From an uncultured Gemmatimonadales bacterium (lineage in GTDB: Bacteria > Gemmatimonadota > Gemmatimonadetes > Longimicrobiales > RSA9): 64,000 nucleotides of DNA. The notes under the pieces are model-generated. The model saw only the letters and a program-made list of their open reading frames with translations, had not been told where the DNA came from and searched no databases. The position numbers were made by a program, and so were the translations under genes. This document shows positions 40,515 to 51,121 of the stretch, one piece after another. How positions within the stretch are numbered: the stretch's first letter is position 1; the number at the start of each line of letters is the position of its first letter. Location: the NCBI GenBank assembly GCA_963798085.1, contig CAWCRS010000003.1, positions 960,001 through 1,024,000 of the forward strand, in the 5' to 3' direction.

Positions 40515-41180
40515 ATGAGGACCGGTTCGAGATGGTTGGCAGGCATCAGCGCGCTGGCTCTGGCGCTGGCTTTCGTGCTGCCCCTGTGGAGCATACGGCT
40601 GAAGGCGCCGCAGTATCCCGAAGGCCTGGGCATGCACATCCGCGTGAACAACATCACCGGTGTCCGACCGAACGACCTGCGCAGCATCAACGGCCTCAAT
40701 CACTACATCGGCATGGCGAAGATCGAACCCGGCTCGATTGCGGAGCTGCGCTACATGCCGTGGATCCTGGGCGGACTGATTGCGCTCGGCCTGATGGCGG
40801 CAATCAGCGGCAAACGGGCCGTGCTCGCGGGCTGGGCGGCGACATTCATGATCGCAGCTGCGCTCGGCCTCGCCGACTTCTACCGCTGGGGCTACGACTA
40901 CGGGCATCACCTGAATCCGGAAGCGGCCATCAAGATCCCCGGCATGGCGTATCAGCCGCCACTCATCGGGTCGAAGAAAATCCTCAACTTCACGGCCAAC
41001 TCGTGGCCCGCGAGCGGCGGCTGGATCATGATCGCGGCATTCCTGACCATCCTCGCTCTTGTGGCGTTCGAGCTGCGTGCACGCGCGCAGCGGCAAACTG
41101 CGCACGTGGGCGATCCGCCGGTGGAGCCCTCCGGCGCATCGCTACGGCGTGGTGCGCCAGGCGCGACAGTCGGGCATTGA
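40515..41180 (+). CDS. nosB: Clade II nos transmembrane protein
   Basis: LKAPQYPEGL, INGLNHYIGM, DYGHHLNP, YQPPLIG; directly after nosZ. Confidence 0.85.
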   Translation: MRTGSRWLAGISALALALAFVLPLWSIRLKAPQYPEGLGMHIRVNNITGVRPNDLRSINGLNHYIGMAKIEPGSIAELRYMPWILGGLIALGLMAAISGKRAVLAGWAATFMIAAALGLADFYRWGYDYGHHLNPEAAIKIPGMAYQPPLIGSKKILNFTANSWPASGGWIMIAAFLTILALVAFELRARAQRQTAHVGDPPVEPSGASLRRGAPGATVGH

Positions 41181-42964
41181 AGGCGACCGTGCGTCTTCCG
41201 CTCTTCGCACTGACCATGAGCGCGCTGCTGGCCGCAGCGTGTTCGAGCGGCCCGCGGCCCATCCGGTTCGGTCAGGACAAATGCGAGTTCTGCCTGATGG
41301 GCAATGCCGAGGAGCGCTTCGCGGCGGAACTCGTCACGCGCACGGGCAAGACGCACATCTTCGATTCCGCCGAGTGCCTGGCGGGCTTCGTCGCTTTCCC
41401 GCTGCAGCACGAGGCGACGCGCTCCCTGTGGGTCACCGATTATGAGAGTCCGCCACGCCTCATTGATGCGCGCAGGGCGTTCTTCCTGGAGAGCGGTGGC
41501 ATCAGCAGCCCGATGGGCCTGGGTATCGCCGCGTTCGCCAGCCGCGAGGCGCGCGACGCGGCCCGGCAGCGGCTGGGCGGGCACGATCTGGACTGGAACG
41601 GGCTGTTAGAGGCGGTGCGACTGGCCTGGCCGAATGGATCACCCCACGGCCTGGCCCACGCCGCGGACGCCATGCAGGCGATGCCGGGCATGAACGCCAT
41701 GCAATCACCACCGCGCGTGCACTCCGCGGCGCAGGCAGTCGCGCGATACCCGGAGCCAGCGAGTCTGCGGACGGAAAGTCTGCCCGCTCGAGCGCCCACG
41801 CTGGCCGAGCTGGTGGCGAGGGCGGCGCCGGGCGAGCGCGTGGTTCTGCCGGCTGGCGTCTACCGCGAACCCACCGTAGTGATCGACAAGCCACTCGAGC
41901 TGCTGGGCAACGGCGACGCGGTGCTGGACGCGGAGAATTCGCGGGCGCTGCTGCTGGTGCAGGCCGACAATGTGACGATACGCGGGCTGGTGCTGCGCAA
42001 CATCGGCACCACCTACACCGAAGATCGAGCCGCCATCCGGGTGCAGCAGTCGCGCAACTGCCGCATCGAGCAGAATCGCATCGAGAACGGCTTTTTTGGC
42101 ATTTACCTGGCCAATGTCAGCGATTGTGTGGTCCGTCACAACACGCTGTCAGCCAACGCCACGCGGGAGAGCGCCGCAGGCAACGGCATCCACCTGTGGC
42201 ATGCGCGGCGGGTCACGCTGGAAGACAACACGGTGCGCGGCTTCCGCGACGGCATCTACTTCGAGTTCACGAAGGACAGCCGCGTGCACGGCAACATCAG
42301 CGAGCACAACCTGCGCTACGGCCTGCACTTCATGTTCTCGGACAGCTGTCATTACGTACGCAACAGCTTCCGCGCGAACGGCGCGGGTGTGGCCGTCATG
42401 TACACGCACTTCGTCGAAATGACGGGCAACGAATTCGCCGACAACCGCGGCTCGTCGACGTACGGGCTGCTCCTCAAGGAGATCCGCGACAGCCGCATCA
42501 CCGGCAACACCTTCACGGGCAACTCGGTGGCACTCTACGCCGAGGGCTCGGACCGGCTGACCGTTGCGGACAACGACTTCCGGGCCAACGGCTGGGCGCT
42601 CAAGCTCATGGCCAATGCCGAGAACAACCGGTTCACGGGCAACAACTTCATCGGGAACACGTTCGACGTGGCCACCAACAGCCGCGCCAACTACAGCCTG
42701 TTCCAGGGCAACTACTGGGACCGGTACCGCGGTTACGACCTGGATCACGACGGCACCGGCGATTCACCGGAGCGGCCCGTGCGGCTGTTCTCCGTGCTCG
42801 TCGAGCGTAATGCGCCGTCGCTCATTCTGCTGCGCAGCTTTCTGGTGAGGCTGCTGGACGCGGCAGAAGCCGTTGTGCCGGCGCTCACACCCGCGACGCT
42901 CGTGGATGCGCGCCCGCTGATGCGCGCCGCGGTGCGCAGGCCGCTGGCGAGGAGCGGCTCATGA
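41177..42964 (+). CDS. nosL/nosD: NosL-NosD fusion (Cu chaperone plus beta-helix maturation protein)
   Basis: TTG overlaps the nosB stop; AAAC lipobox, CEFCLM, FDSAECL, SPMG (NosL); His/Met linker; then GNGIHLW, RDGIYFEF, LRYGLHFMFS, GNYWD.Y.GYDL (NosD). Confidence 0.85.
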   Translation: MKATVRLPLFALTMSALLAAACSSGPRPIRFGQDKCEFCLMGNAEERFAAELVTRTGKTHIFDSAECLAGFVAFPLQHEATRSLWVTDYESPPRLIDARRAFFLESGGISSPMGLGIAAFASREARDAARQRLGGHDLDWNGLLEAVRLAWPNGSPHGLAHAADAMQAMPGMNAMQSPPRVHSAAQAVARYPEPASLRTESLPARAPTLAELVARAAPGERVVLPAGVYREPTVVIDKPLELLGNGDAVLDAENSRALLLVQADNVTIRGLVLRNIGTTYTEDRAAIRVQQSRNCRIEQNRIENGFFGIYLANVSDCVVRHNTLSANATRESAAGNGIHLWHARRVTLEDNTVRGFRDGIYFEFTKDSRVHGNISEHNLRYGLHFMFSDSCHYVRNSFRANGAGVAVMYTHFVEMTGNEFADNRGSSTYGLLLKEIRDSRITGNTFTGNSVALYAEGSDRLTVADNDFRANGWALKLMANAENNRFTGNNFIGNTFDVATNSRANYSLFQGNYWDRYRGYDLDHDGTGDSPERPVRLFSVLVERNAPSLILLRSFLVRLLDAAEAVVPALTPATLVDARPLMRAAVRRPLARSGS

Positions 42965-43737
42965 TCCGCGTGGAAGGGATCCGCAAGCGCTTCGGCGCGC
43001 TCCAGGTTCTGGCTGGCGTGAACCTGCGCATCGAGCGCGGTCGGGTCACCGCGATCGTAGGGCCCAACGGCTCGGGCAAGACCACGCTGATCAAGATGCT
43101 GTTAGGACTGGTCAGACCGGATGCGGGTCGCATTGTCTGGGAAGACCTGCTCGCCGTGCCGCCCCGGGGAGCCGAGGTTGCGCATGATGCGCATCAGGAA
43201 GGGCGCGACCTCGTGCTCAACGGCGACTGCCGCTATCGCGAGCGGGTCGGCTACATGCCGCAGATCGTGCGCTTTCCCGAGAACCTGAGTGGACGCGAGC
43301 TGCTGGCCATGATCACGGACCTGCGCCAGGCCAGCGCCGCACAGGCCGAGCTGGTTGCGCGCTTCGGGCTGGAACGCGATCTGGACAAGCCCTTCCGCAC
43401 GCTGTCCGGCGGCACGCGACAGAAGGTGAATGCTGTGCTGGCATTCGGGTTCCAGCCCGACCTGCTCATCCTCGATGAGCCGACCGGCGGCCTGGATCCG
43501 GTCGCGGCGCGCACCCTGAAGGCGCACGTGCGCGAGCAGCGCGCGCAGGGGCGGACGGTGCTGCTGACCTCGCACGTCATGAGCGAGCTGGAAGCGCTGG
43601 CAGACAATGTGGCATTCCTGCTGGATGGCCAGGTCCGCTACCGCGGCACGCTCGACGAGCTGAAGCGTCTCACCGCGGAGCAGACACTGGAAGGCGCCGT
43701 CGCCAGCCTGATGACGGACGGAATGGCGTCACAATGA
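42961..43737 (+). CDS. nosF: ABC ATPase NosF
   Basis: GPNGSGKT, GYMPQ, LSGGTRQK, ILDEP, TSH. Confidence 0.9.
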   Translation: MIRVEGIRKRFGALQVLAGVNLRIERGRVTAIVGPNGSGKTTLIKMLLGLVRPDAGRIVWEDLLAVPPRGAEVAHDAHQEGRDLVLNGDCRYRERVGYMPQIVRFPENLSGRELLAMITDLRQASAAQAELVARFGLERDLDKPFRTLSGGTRQKVNAVLAFGFQPDLLILDEPTGGLDPVAARTLKAHVREQRAQGRTVLLTSHVMSELEALADNVAFLLDGQVRYRGTLDELKRLTAEQTLEGAVASLMTDGMASQ

Positions 43738-44525
43738 ATACCACAGCGAAGATCCTGAAGTATGAACTGCGTGACGTGCTGCGCAGCCGCACACTGCTGC
43801 TGTACGGCGGCTTCTTCCTGCTTGCCTCGGAGCTGCTTTTCCGCTTCAGCAGTGATGGCGGCAAGGCGCTGCTGAGTCTGGCAGACGTCACTCTGCTGAT
43901 CGTGCCGCTGGTGAGCGTGGTTCTGGGGACGATGTTCGTGTACAACGCGCGCGAGTTCAACGAGCTGCTGCTGGCGCAGCCGGTGAACCGGCGCCAGCTG
44001 TTCGGTGGGCTCTACCTCGGTCTCACGCTGCCCCTGACAGCGAGTTATATGCTCGGCATTGGCGCGCCGGCGCTGCTGCACGGCCTGCACGGCGGTGTCG
44101 CCCCGCGCACCGTGCTCCTGCTGCTGCTTGCGGGGACGTTCCTGACGGCGATCTTCACGGCACTGGCATTCGCCGTGGCATTGCGCTTCGAGGACCGCGT
44201 GCGCGGCATGGGCGTAGCGCTGCTGCTCTGGCTGTTTCTCGGCGTGATTTACGATGGGCTCATCCTTCTCGGTGCGAACGTGTTCTACGCCTGGCCGCTC
44301 GAGAAACCGCTGCTCGTACTGACCCTGCTCAACCCGGTGGACCTCGCGCGTGTGCTGCTGCTGCTCGACTTCGACGTATCTGTGCTGATGGGCTACACGG
44401 GCGCCGTCTTCCGCGATTTCTTCGGCGGCCCGCTGGGACTGACCGTCGCCTCCGTCGCGCTCACCGCGTGGCTGGCAGCTCCCCTTGCGGCCGGCATGCG
44501 GGTGTTCGTGCGCAAGGACTTCTGA
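43734..44525 (+). CDS. nosY: ABC permease NosY
   Basis: REFNELLLAQPV, LLNPVDLARV, MGYTGA; multi-TM; operonic with nosF. Confidence 0.88.
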   Translation: MNTTAKILKYELRDVLRSRTLLLYGGFFLLASELLFRFSSDGGKALLSLADVTLLIVPLVSVVLGTMFVYNAREFNELLLAQPVNRRQLFGGLYLGLTLPLTASYMLGIGAPALLHGLHGGVAPRTVLLLLLAGTFLTAIFTALAFAVALRFEDRVRGMGVALLLWLFLGVIYDGLILLGANVFYAWPLEKPLLVLTLLNPVDLARVLLLLDFDVSVLMGYTGAVFRDFFGGPLGLTVASVALTAWLAAPLAAGMRVFVRKDF

Positions 44526-44553
44526 ACGCTGCGGACAGCGTGTGCACGCGCGT

Positions 44554-47079
44554 TCACTCTTCGCTGAGTGCGAGTGCGCTTTCGATCACGGCAATGTGGC
44601 TGAAGGCCTGGGGCACGTTGCCCAGCGCTTCGCCACTGATGGGATCATGCTCCTCGGACATGAGGCCGGTGGGCCCGGCCACGGACAGCATGCGGTCGAA
44701 CAGCGACTGCGCGTCCCGCCTGCGACCCAGCAGCGCGTAGGCGCGAATGAGCCAGCCCGTGCACAGCGTGAAACCGCCTTCACTGCCCGGCAATCCGTCA
44801 TCGCCCAGGTAGCGGAACACGACCGAGCCACGCAGCAGTCGCTGCTCGATGGCATCGACGGTGCCGAGGAAGCGCGGATCATCCGGCGCCAACAGTCCGC
44901 TGAGGCCGACGTGCAGTGTGGCCGCGTCCGGCTCTTCATCGCCGTAGGCAATGCAGAAGGCGTTGAGCTTGCGGCTGAAGCCGCGCTCGAGGATTTCGGC
45001 GGCAATCCGGTCACGCAGTGCACGCCAGCCGGGCGGCTCCGAGCCGTTGAGCTGCTCAGCCACAGCGATCGCGCGATCCACGGTCAGCCAGCACATGACC
45101 TTGGAGTGCACGTGGTGCCGGCGGGAGCGGCGGATTTCCCAGATGCCGTGGTCCGGCTCTTCCCAGCGGCTCTCCACCGCTTCCACCATGGCGCACACCA
45201 GGCGCCAGTGCTCGCTGGACAGCGGCGCATCACGCTCGGCGAGCAGTGCCAGCAGATCCACGATCGGCCCGAACACGTCCAGCTGCAGCTGCTGCGCGGC
45301 GGCATTGCCCACGCGCACCGGGCGGCTTGCGCGATACCCGGAAAGCTCGGGAATCACCGCTTCCGCACCGAGCTGCCCGCCTGTTACCGTGTACAGCGGC
45401 CGCAGCGCGGCGGGCGAATCATGCGTGTCGACCACAGTCAGAACCCAGTCGAGAAAACGCAGCGCCTCGCGCGTGCTGCCCAGCTTCGCCAGTGCGGTCG
45501 CGGCGAGTGCGCCGTCGCGCAGCCAGCAGTAGCGGTAGTCCCAGTTGCGTACGCCGCCGATTTCCTCCGGCAAACTGGTCGTCGCCGAGGCAATGATCGC
45601 GCCGGTCGGTTCATAACACAGTGCTTTGAGGAGCAGTGCACTGCGGCGCACGCGCGTGGGCGCAATGGCAGGGATCCGCAGACCCGAAGTCCAGTCCGAC
45701 CACCACGCGCGTGTTGCTTCCAGGCGGGCGCCCGCGCGCTGCCCGGGATCCGGAATGCTGCCTGACCCATAGACCAGCTCGAGAACGAGACTGCCACCAT
45801 CCAGGTCAACTTCGGCGCGCGCCGTCTGATGCGGCGCAGCGGCCTCGATGTGCCAGTCGAGTCCCGGCGCACGCAGCGTGATCGGTTCGTGCACGGCACT
45901 GACCACGATGCCGCCCGGCTTCACCTCGAGCCGCGTGTGCTCACGGCCGAAATCGAGACGAGGCGCGAACTCGATCTGCACACGGCCGCGGCCTTCGATG
46001 ATGCGGAACAGCTCGGAACGGCCGGCACGCTGGACGGGCCGACCACCGGAGCAATCCAGAAAGTCGGTGACCGAGAGGTCGGGCCAGTGCGTCTCGACGA
46101 TCATCGTGTCGCTTTCGTAGCGCTGCGTGGGGGTACCCAGGCGCCGGGCCGGACGCACCGCGAAGAACCCCGCTGTCGGGCCACCCACCAGCTCGGCGCA
46201 GATGGCGGGGGAGTCCACGCGTGGCAGGCACAGCCACACGATACGACCCTCGACCGTCAGCAGCGCGACGGCCCGGTGATCGGAGAGCAGCGAGTGCCGT
46301 TCGATCGGCATCGCGGCCTCGCCTTCGAGCCACGCACTGCGCAGCTCAGCCAGGCGGGCGAGCAAGCGGGCGACGTCTTCCGTGCCATCAATGCGGTAGG
46401 GCGCACGCGTCGCGCCGGGACCCACCTTCACGGCCAGATCCGGACCGCACAGCGTGGCGAACACATCTTCATCCGTCAGATCGTCGCCGAGAAAGACCAC
46501 CGCAGTGGCCGCGACGCGGTGGCGCAGTGTCTGCACCGCATCACCCTTGTCCGTGGCGACGACGCCCACATCGAGCACGGACTTGCCGTGGCGCAACGTG
46601 ACGCCCTCGAGCGTTGCCACACGCTCCAGTACCGCAGCCACCGCGCGCCGGGCGGTCTCGGGATCGGCATTGCGGTAGTGAAATGCAATGTTAGCCGGCT
46701 TCGCCTCCACCGCCAGGCCGCGACCCGAGCGCGCAATGTCGTCCAGCTCTTCCAGCACACGCTGGCGCAGCGCGATCTGCCCGGCCGAAAGTGTCTGCGC
46801 GAAATCGAGATCGAACTCACTGCCGTGACTGCCCACCAGGTGCACTTCGGGAGGCAGGCGGGAGAGCGCCGCGAGATCGCGCAGCGCGCGCCCCGAAATC
46901 AGCGCCACGTAGGTGTGTGGCAGATTGGCGAGCGCGCGCAGCGCCACCACGGACTCCCGCTGCGGCAGCGCGTGCGACGGATCGGGTACGATGGGCGCCA
47001 CCGTGCCATCGTAATCGGAAGCCACCAGGAGGACAGGCGTGCGCGCCAGCTCCCGGAGCCTGCTTTCCAGTTCGCTCAT
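44554..47079 (-). CDS. otsB: Trehalose-6-phosphate phosphatase fused to GH15 hydrolase
   Basis: HAD motifs [22 protein letters not shown], then GH15 motifs [39 protein letters not shown]. Confidence 0.88.
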   Translation of the reverse strand: MSELESRLRELARTPVLLVASDYDGTVAPIVPDPSHALPQRESVVALRALANLPHTYVALISGRALRDLAALSRLPPEVHLVGSHGSEFDLDFAQTLSAGQIALRQRVLEELDDIARSGRGLAVEAKPANIAFHYRNADPETARRAVAAVLERVATLEGVTLRHGKSVLDVGVVATDKGDAVQTLRHRVAATAVVFLGDDLTDEDVFATLCGPDLAVKVGPGATRAPYRIDGTEDVARLLARLAELRSAWLEGEAAMPIERHSLLSDHRAVALLTVEGRIVWLCLPRVDSPAICAELVGGPTAGFFAVRPARRLGTPTQRYESDTMIVETHWPDLSVTDFLDCSGGRPVQRAGRSELFRIIEGRGRVQIEFAPRLDFGREHTRLEVKPGGIVVSAVHEPITLRAPGLDWHIEAAAPHQTARAEVDLDGGSLVLELVYGSGSIPDPGQRAGARLEATRAWWSDWTSGLRIPAIAPTRVRRSALLLKALCYEPTGAIIASATTSLPEEIGGVRNWDYRYCWLRDGALAATALAKLGSTREALRFLDWVLTVVDTHDSPAALRPLYTVTGGQLGAEAVIPELSGYRASRPVRVGNAAAQQLQLDVFGPIVDLLALLAERDAPLSSEHWRLVCAMVEAVESRWEEPDHGIWEIRRSRRHHVHSKVMCWLTVDRAIAVAEQLNGSEPPGWRALRDRIAAEILERGFSRKLNAFCIAYGDEEPDAATLHVGLSGLLAPDDPRFLGTVDAIEQRLLRGSVVFRYLGDDGLPGSEGGFTLCTGWLIRAYALLGRRRDAQSLFDRMLSVAGPTGLMSEEHDPISGEALGNVPQAFSHIAVIESALALSEE

Positions 47080-48483
47080 GCAGACAGGGCCTGGAGGAAG
47101 GAGTCCGCCCAGTCGTATACCGTGTTGCGACGGACGGTGCGACGCAGATCGCGGACGCGGCGCCTCTGCTCCGCGGCCGACATGGTCAGCGCCGCGTGCA
47201 TGGCGGAATGCCAGCCCGTCAATGTCGTGGGGATTCACCAGCAACGCGGAGCGCAGCTCCACCGCCGCGCCCGTGAATTCACTGAGCAGCAGCACGCCAC
47301 GGTCGTGCGCGCGCGACGCCACCCATTCCTTGGCGACGAGATTCATGCCATCGCGCAGCGGGGTAACCGCCATGACATCCGAGGCCAGGTAAAGAGCGAC
47401 GAGCTGATCCGGCGGGTAGGTACGACGCGCGTAGTGCAGCACCGGCAGACCGATCTCGCCGAATTCGCCATTGATCTGGCCCACCAGCCGCTCGACACGC
47501 TTGCGCATGGTGCGATAGTCCGCCACCCGCTCGCGACTGGGCACCGCGATCTGCACGAACACACACTCCTCGCGGCGCACACGGCCGGAGCGCAGCAGCT
47601 CCGCGAACGCACGCAGCCGGATGTCGATGCCTTTCGTGTAATCCAGACGATCGACACCCAGGATGATGCGCCGCGAGCCGACACTGCGGCGGAACGCGTC
47701 GGCGCGACGCTCCGCTTCCGGCCGACTCGCCAGCTCCTCGAACATCGCGACATCAATGGAAACCGGGAACGCGCCCGACCGCACGGTGCGCCCCTGGTAC
47801 TGCAGTGTGCCATGCGCACCGGTCGCTCCACAGAAACGTTTGCTCAGGTCATCGAAATTGCGCGCCGCCTGCTCCGTCTGGAAGCCGACGACATGCGCAC
47901 CCAGCATGCCGTCCAGAACGGCGCGCCGCCACGGCAGCTTGGCGAACAGCTCGCGCGGCGGAAAGGGAATGTGCAGGAAAAAACCAATGCGCAGGTCAGG
48001 CCGCAGCTGCCGCACGAACGAAGGCACCAGCTGGAGGTGATAGTCATGCACCCAGACCAGAGCGCCGGGCGCCGCCACTTCCGCCACCGCGGCGGCGAAG
48101 CGGCGGTTGACGCGCACGTACGGCTCCCACCAGTCACGGCGGAAACGCGGTGGGCGCAATGCATCGTGATAGAGCGGCCAGAGCGTGCGGTTGCAGAAGC
48201 CTTCGTAGAAGTCGGCTACTTCGCGCGCCTCGAGCGCCACAGGATGCAGCCGCATGTGATCGTGCTCGAAAGGTTGCGGCGCTTCGCCTGGATAGCCGGG
48301 CCAGCCCACCCACACGCCCGTGCGCTCCGCCAGAATCGGCGCGAGGGCGCGCACCAGGCCCCCCGGACTGCTCCGCCAGCCAATGCCCGCACCGAGTCGC
48401 ACACAATGCACCGGTAACCGATTGGCGACGACCACCAGCTCCACATTGCTGGCTGCACCGCCGGCGCGGGTCTCAGCCGCCAC
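47076..48483 (-). CDS. otsA: Trehalose-6-phosphate synthase (frameshift near 47208)
   Basis: [45 protein letters not shown]; true C-terminus ..[14 protein letters not shown] in the shifted frame, with ATGA overlap to the next gene. Confidence 0.9.
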
Positions 48484-48596
48484 GGCGCGATGTACCGGGT
48501 GCGCTGCCCTTCAGGATCAACCGATTCCCCATGTGTGAGCGCAGCAAAACGCACAGGCGCGTACCCCGCTGTGGCGCCAATGTGCATGACGCTGAG

Positions 48597-48739
48597 CGGA
48601 CCGTCCTGGCATTCTTGCGTTGCGGCCGGTTCGGTCATGGGGCCGACTCGGTTACGTATCGACGGACCACTTTGCATGTCGGAGTGGGTCGCTGGAATGG
48701 GGGAAGAAGCCGAAAGGAAAGAACGCCAAGACGGTCCGA
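48597..48739. repeat. Second, 143-bp element bounded by the same inverted repeat
   Basis: CGGACCGTCCTGGCATTCTTGCGTT (3 mismatches to 11845-11869) and AAGAACGCCAAGACGGTCCGA (identical to 12094-12114). Confidence 0.8.
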
Positions 48740-48749
48740 CAGGGGTCTG

Positions 48750-50624
48750 TTAACCCGTGCGTGCGCGCGTGGTGACTCCGGGCGTAATGGGAGGCGAGGG
48801 CGCGAAGAGCGGCAGCGCCAGGGCGGTGGCGGCGCCAATGAGCAGACCGCTGACTGCGCCGATCACGATCGCGGGCACCATGGGTGCGCGAATGAGCGTG
48901 GGCAGGAATGCCTGCGTCGCGCCGACGAACCAGAGGTAGGCGAAGCCCCAGCCCACCACGTTCATGAAGACCCAGGCGAGGCGGCCGACGCCGCGCACGC
49001 GCGCAGCCCACGTCTGCGCCAGCCCGAGGATCACGCCATCGAGCACGCCCTTCATGAAGGCCGCGCCGTTCGAGACGTGCACCACGCCCCAGATGTTCTT
49101 CGAACTCTGCACCGGGATCTGCCAGCGCAGGATGCACGCGGCAATGATGGCGCCCATCCAGAGCTGCGCGGCCGGCGGCACGGATCGCTTGCGCAGGAAC
49201 AGCAGTGTCGCCAGACCCAGGAGCACGCCTTCGACCAGGCCGCCCACGAAGCGCGACGCCAGATTCCACTGCGCGAAACGCAGCAGGCCGCCCGTGATGA
49301 AACCGGACGCGGCGAAGGCCAGCGCATTCGCCGCCACCCACTCGCCGCGTGGCCCCAGACGCGTGAGCCAGTCGTTCACGGGCAGTCGGCTGAGCGATTC
49401 CGAAATCTGTTTCGCGGACGGCAGTGCAGCCAGCGAATCCGCGAGCGGCCGGCCGGCCGGGCCCGGCTGTATCGCCGCGCCGGTGCCATGAGGCGGTGTC
49501 GCCGTCTGTGCTGCGGCCGGCCCCGCGCCTGACAGCATGTTAGGGGCAGGCGACGATGCCAGTTCCGCCGTCGTTCCCGTGGCTGGCGCCACTGCCGCTG
49601 CAGCGGGCGGAACCAGCGGGCCAGCAGGCGGTGCAGCCGCCGACGACGGGCGCACGCTGAGGGGCGAGGCGCGCAACACATCCTCGGCAGCCTGGCGCAC
49701 CTGTTTGCTACGGTCGGCGTCCGCAATGCGCTGCAGCGCAGTACGCGCGGCCACCGCCACGGAAGCATCGGGACTGACGAGCAGCCGCTCCAGCTCGCGC
49801 ACAGCGGTGAGGCGGACGGCCGCCTGCGTGTCTTCCAGCTGGTGGCGCACACCGGAGGGCAGCGAAACCGGCAGCGAGTGCTGGCGTCGCGGATTGCGCG
49901 CGATTACCAGCATGCCCTGCTGGTTGTAGACCCACTTGCGCGGCGTCTGGCTGGGCGTCGAGCTGACGATCTTTCCGTACGCGTAATCGTACAGCGCATC
50001 GAGCGTGATGGTGTCCTCACTCGATGCGGCGCCTGTTACGAGCCCCTCCAGCAGGTAGTGCGTGAACAGCGAAAGCTCGGCCCGTTCGATGACGCGGTCC
50101 CCTTCGAGTGCGTACTGCGTGGCGTCCGATGCGGTGAGTACCACGCGGCCGTAGCCGTTGCCCGCGAACATGTCCGCGGTCACGGCAGTGGGATCGCCTT
50201 TCACGCCGCGCGCGAACGCGCCGCTGTTGCAGCAGTCGAGGATGAGGATCTGGCGCTTGGACCGGCACTCGTCCATGTGCTCGACCACGAAGCCGGAGGA
50301 GATGGCGGTGGCGCTGAGCTGGTGGTAGTCGGTGTCGCGCACCGCGAGGTACAGGCGGCCGCGATCATCCTTCACGCCGTGACCGGAGAAGAAGAACAGC
50401 AGCAGGTCATCGGGATGGCGGCGCGTGAAGAAGTCGGCAATGGCGCGCCGCACGATGGACTCGCTCTGGTCGATCAGCTCCTGGACCTGATCGAACTCGC
50501 CAATGCCGGGATCACGCAACGCTGCGGCCAGCGAGCGCACATCCGCGGCGGGCGCCTTGAGCCGGGTGAGCGTGGCGTCGTCATACGTGCTGTTGCCAAT
50601 GAACAGCGCGAGTCGCTTCGGCAT
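48750..50624 (-). CDS. Caspase-like (C14) protease with HEAT-like repeat and C-terminal multi-TM region
   Basis: ALFIGNSTY, FFFSGHG (catalytic His), ILDCCNSG (catalytic Cys), SLFTHYLLEGL, QTP. Confidence 0.9.
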   Translation of the reverse strand: MPKRLALFIGNSTYDDATLTRLKAPAADVRSLAAALRDPGIGEFDQVQELIDQSESIVRRAIADFFTRRHPDDLLLFFFSGHGVKDDRGRLYLAVRDTDYHQLSATAISSGFVVEHMDECRSKRQILILDCCNSGAFARGVKGDPTAVTADMFAGNGYGRVVLTASDATQYALEGDRVIERAELSLFTHYLLEGLVTGAASSEDTITLDALYDYAYGKIVSSTPSQTPRKWVYNQQGMLVIARNPRRQHSLPVSLPSGVRHQLEDTQAAVRLTAVRELERLLVSPDASVAVAARTALQRIADADRSKQVRQAAEDVLRASPLSVRPSSAAAPPAGPLVPPAAAAVAPATGTTAELASSPAPNMLSGAGPAAAQTATPPHGTGAAIQPGPAGRPLADSLAALPSAKQISESLSRLPVNDWLTRLGPRGEWVAANALAFAASGFITGGLLRFAQWNLASRFVGGLVEGVLLGLATLLFLRKRSVPPAAQLWMGAIIAACILRWQIPVQSSKNIWGVVHVSNGAAFMKGVLDGVILGLAQTWAARVRGVGRLAWVFMNVVGWGFAYLWFVGATQAFLPTLIRAPMVPAIVIGAVSGLLIGAATALALPLFAPSPPITPGVTTRARTG

Positions 50625-50655
50625 CGTCGCGCGCGCGAACCGGGATCGGAAAGGG

Positions 50656-51030
50656 TCAGGCCTTGGCGGTGGCGCCCGTCTTGAACGAAGCGGCCAGTCG
50701 GGCGAATTCGTCGATGGCGCCCTGGAACTTCACCGGATTGCCGTTCACCTGGCCCTCGAACATGATCGTGCCGCCCGTCTTGTGCAGCCGCTTCTGCAGC
50801 AGTGCCAGCACGATCTCGAGCGCCGTGGCGGACGCCTTTACGAGGAGCACGATCGTGTCCGCGTCGATGCCCTTGGTACCGGGCGGCGCGGTCCCTTCGT
50901 GCACGATTTCGGCGGACTCCACAGGCTGATCGCGCAGCTCGTGCAGCAGATCCCGTGTCAGCAGATCGATCTCTTCGCGGTCACCGTCGGCGGAACCGAC
51001 TTTGATCCTGAACTCGAGCGGTCTGGTCAT
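50656..51030 (-). CDS. EACC1-like small protein (effector-associated constant component)
   Basis: DREEIDLLTRDLLHEL..V......APPGTKG followed by a hydrophobic helix; directly upstream of the caspase; recognised by pattern and context, not HMM. Confidence 0.7.
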   Translation of the reverse strand: MTRPLEFRIKVGSADGDREEIDLLTRDLLHELRDQPVESAEIVHEGTAPPGTKGIDADTIVLLVKASATALEIVLALLQKRLHKTGGTIMFEGQVNGNPVKFQGAIDEFARLAASFKTGATAKA

Positions 51031-51121
51031 GGCAAGCGCCGGGGAGAGGGGTCAGGCGATGTCGACTTTCGATTATCGCGACGAGCCCGTTCCGCGTCCA
51101 GAGTGCGGCCGCGGGCGCGGC

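Noticed and set aside
44554..48483. 1309-aa OtsA-OtsB-GH15 triple fusion in the ORF track
   Set aside because: The junction reads as out-of-frame sequence; removing one base at ~47208 restores a canonical OtsA C-terminus whose stop overlaps the next ATG
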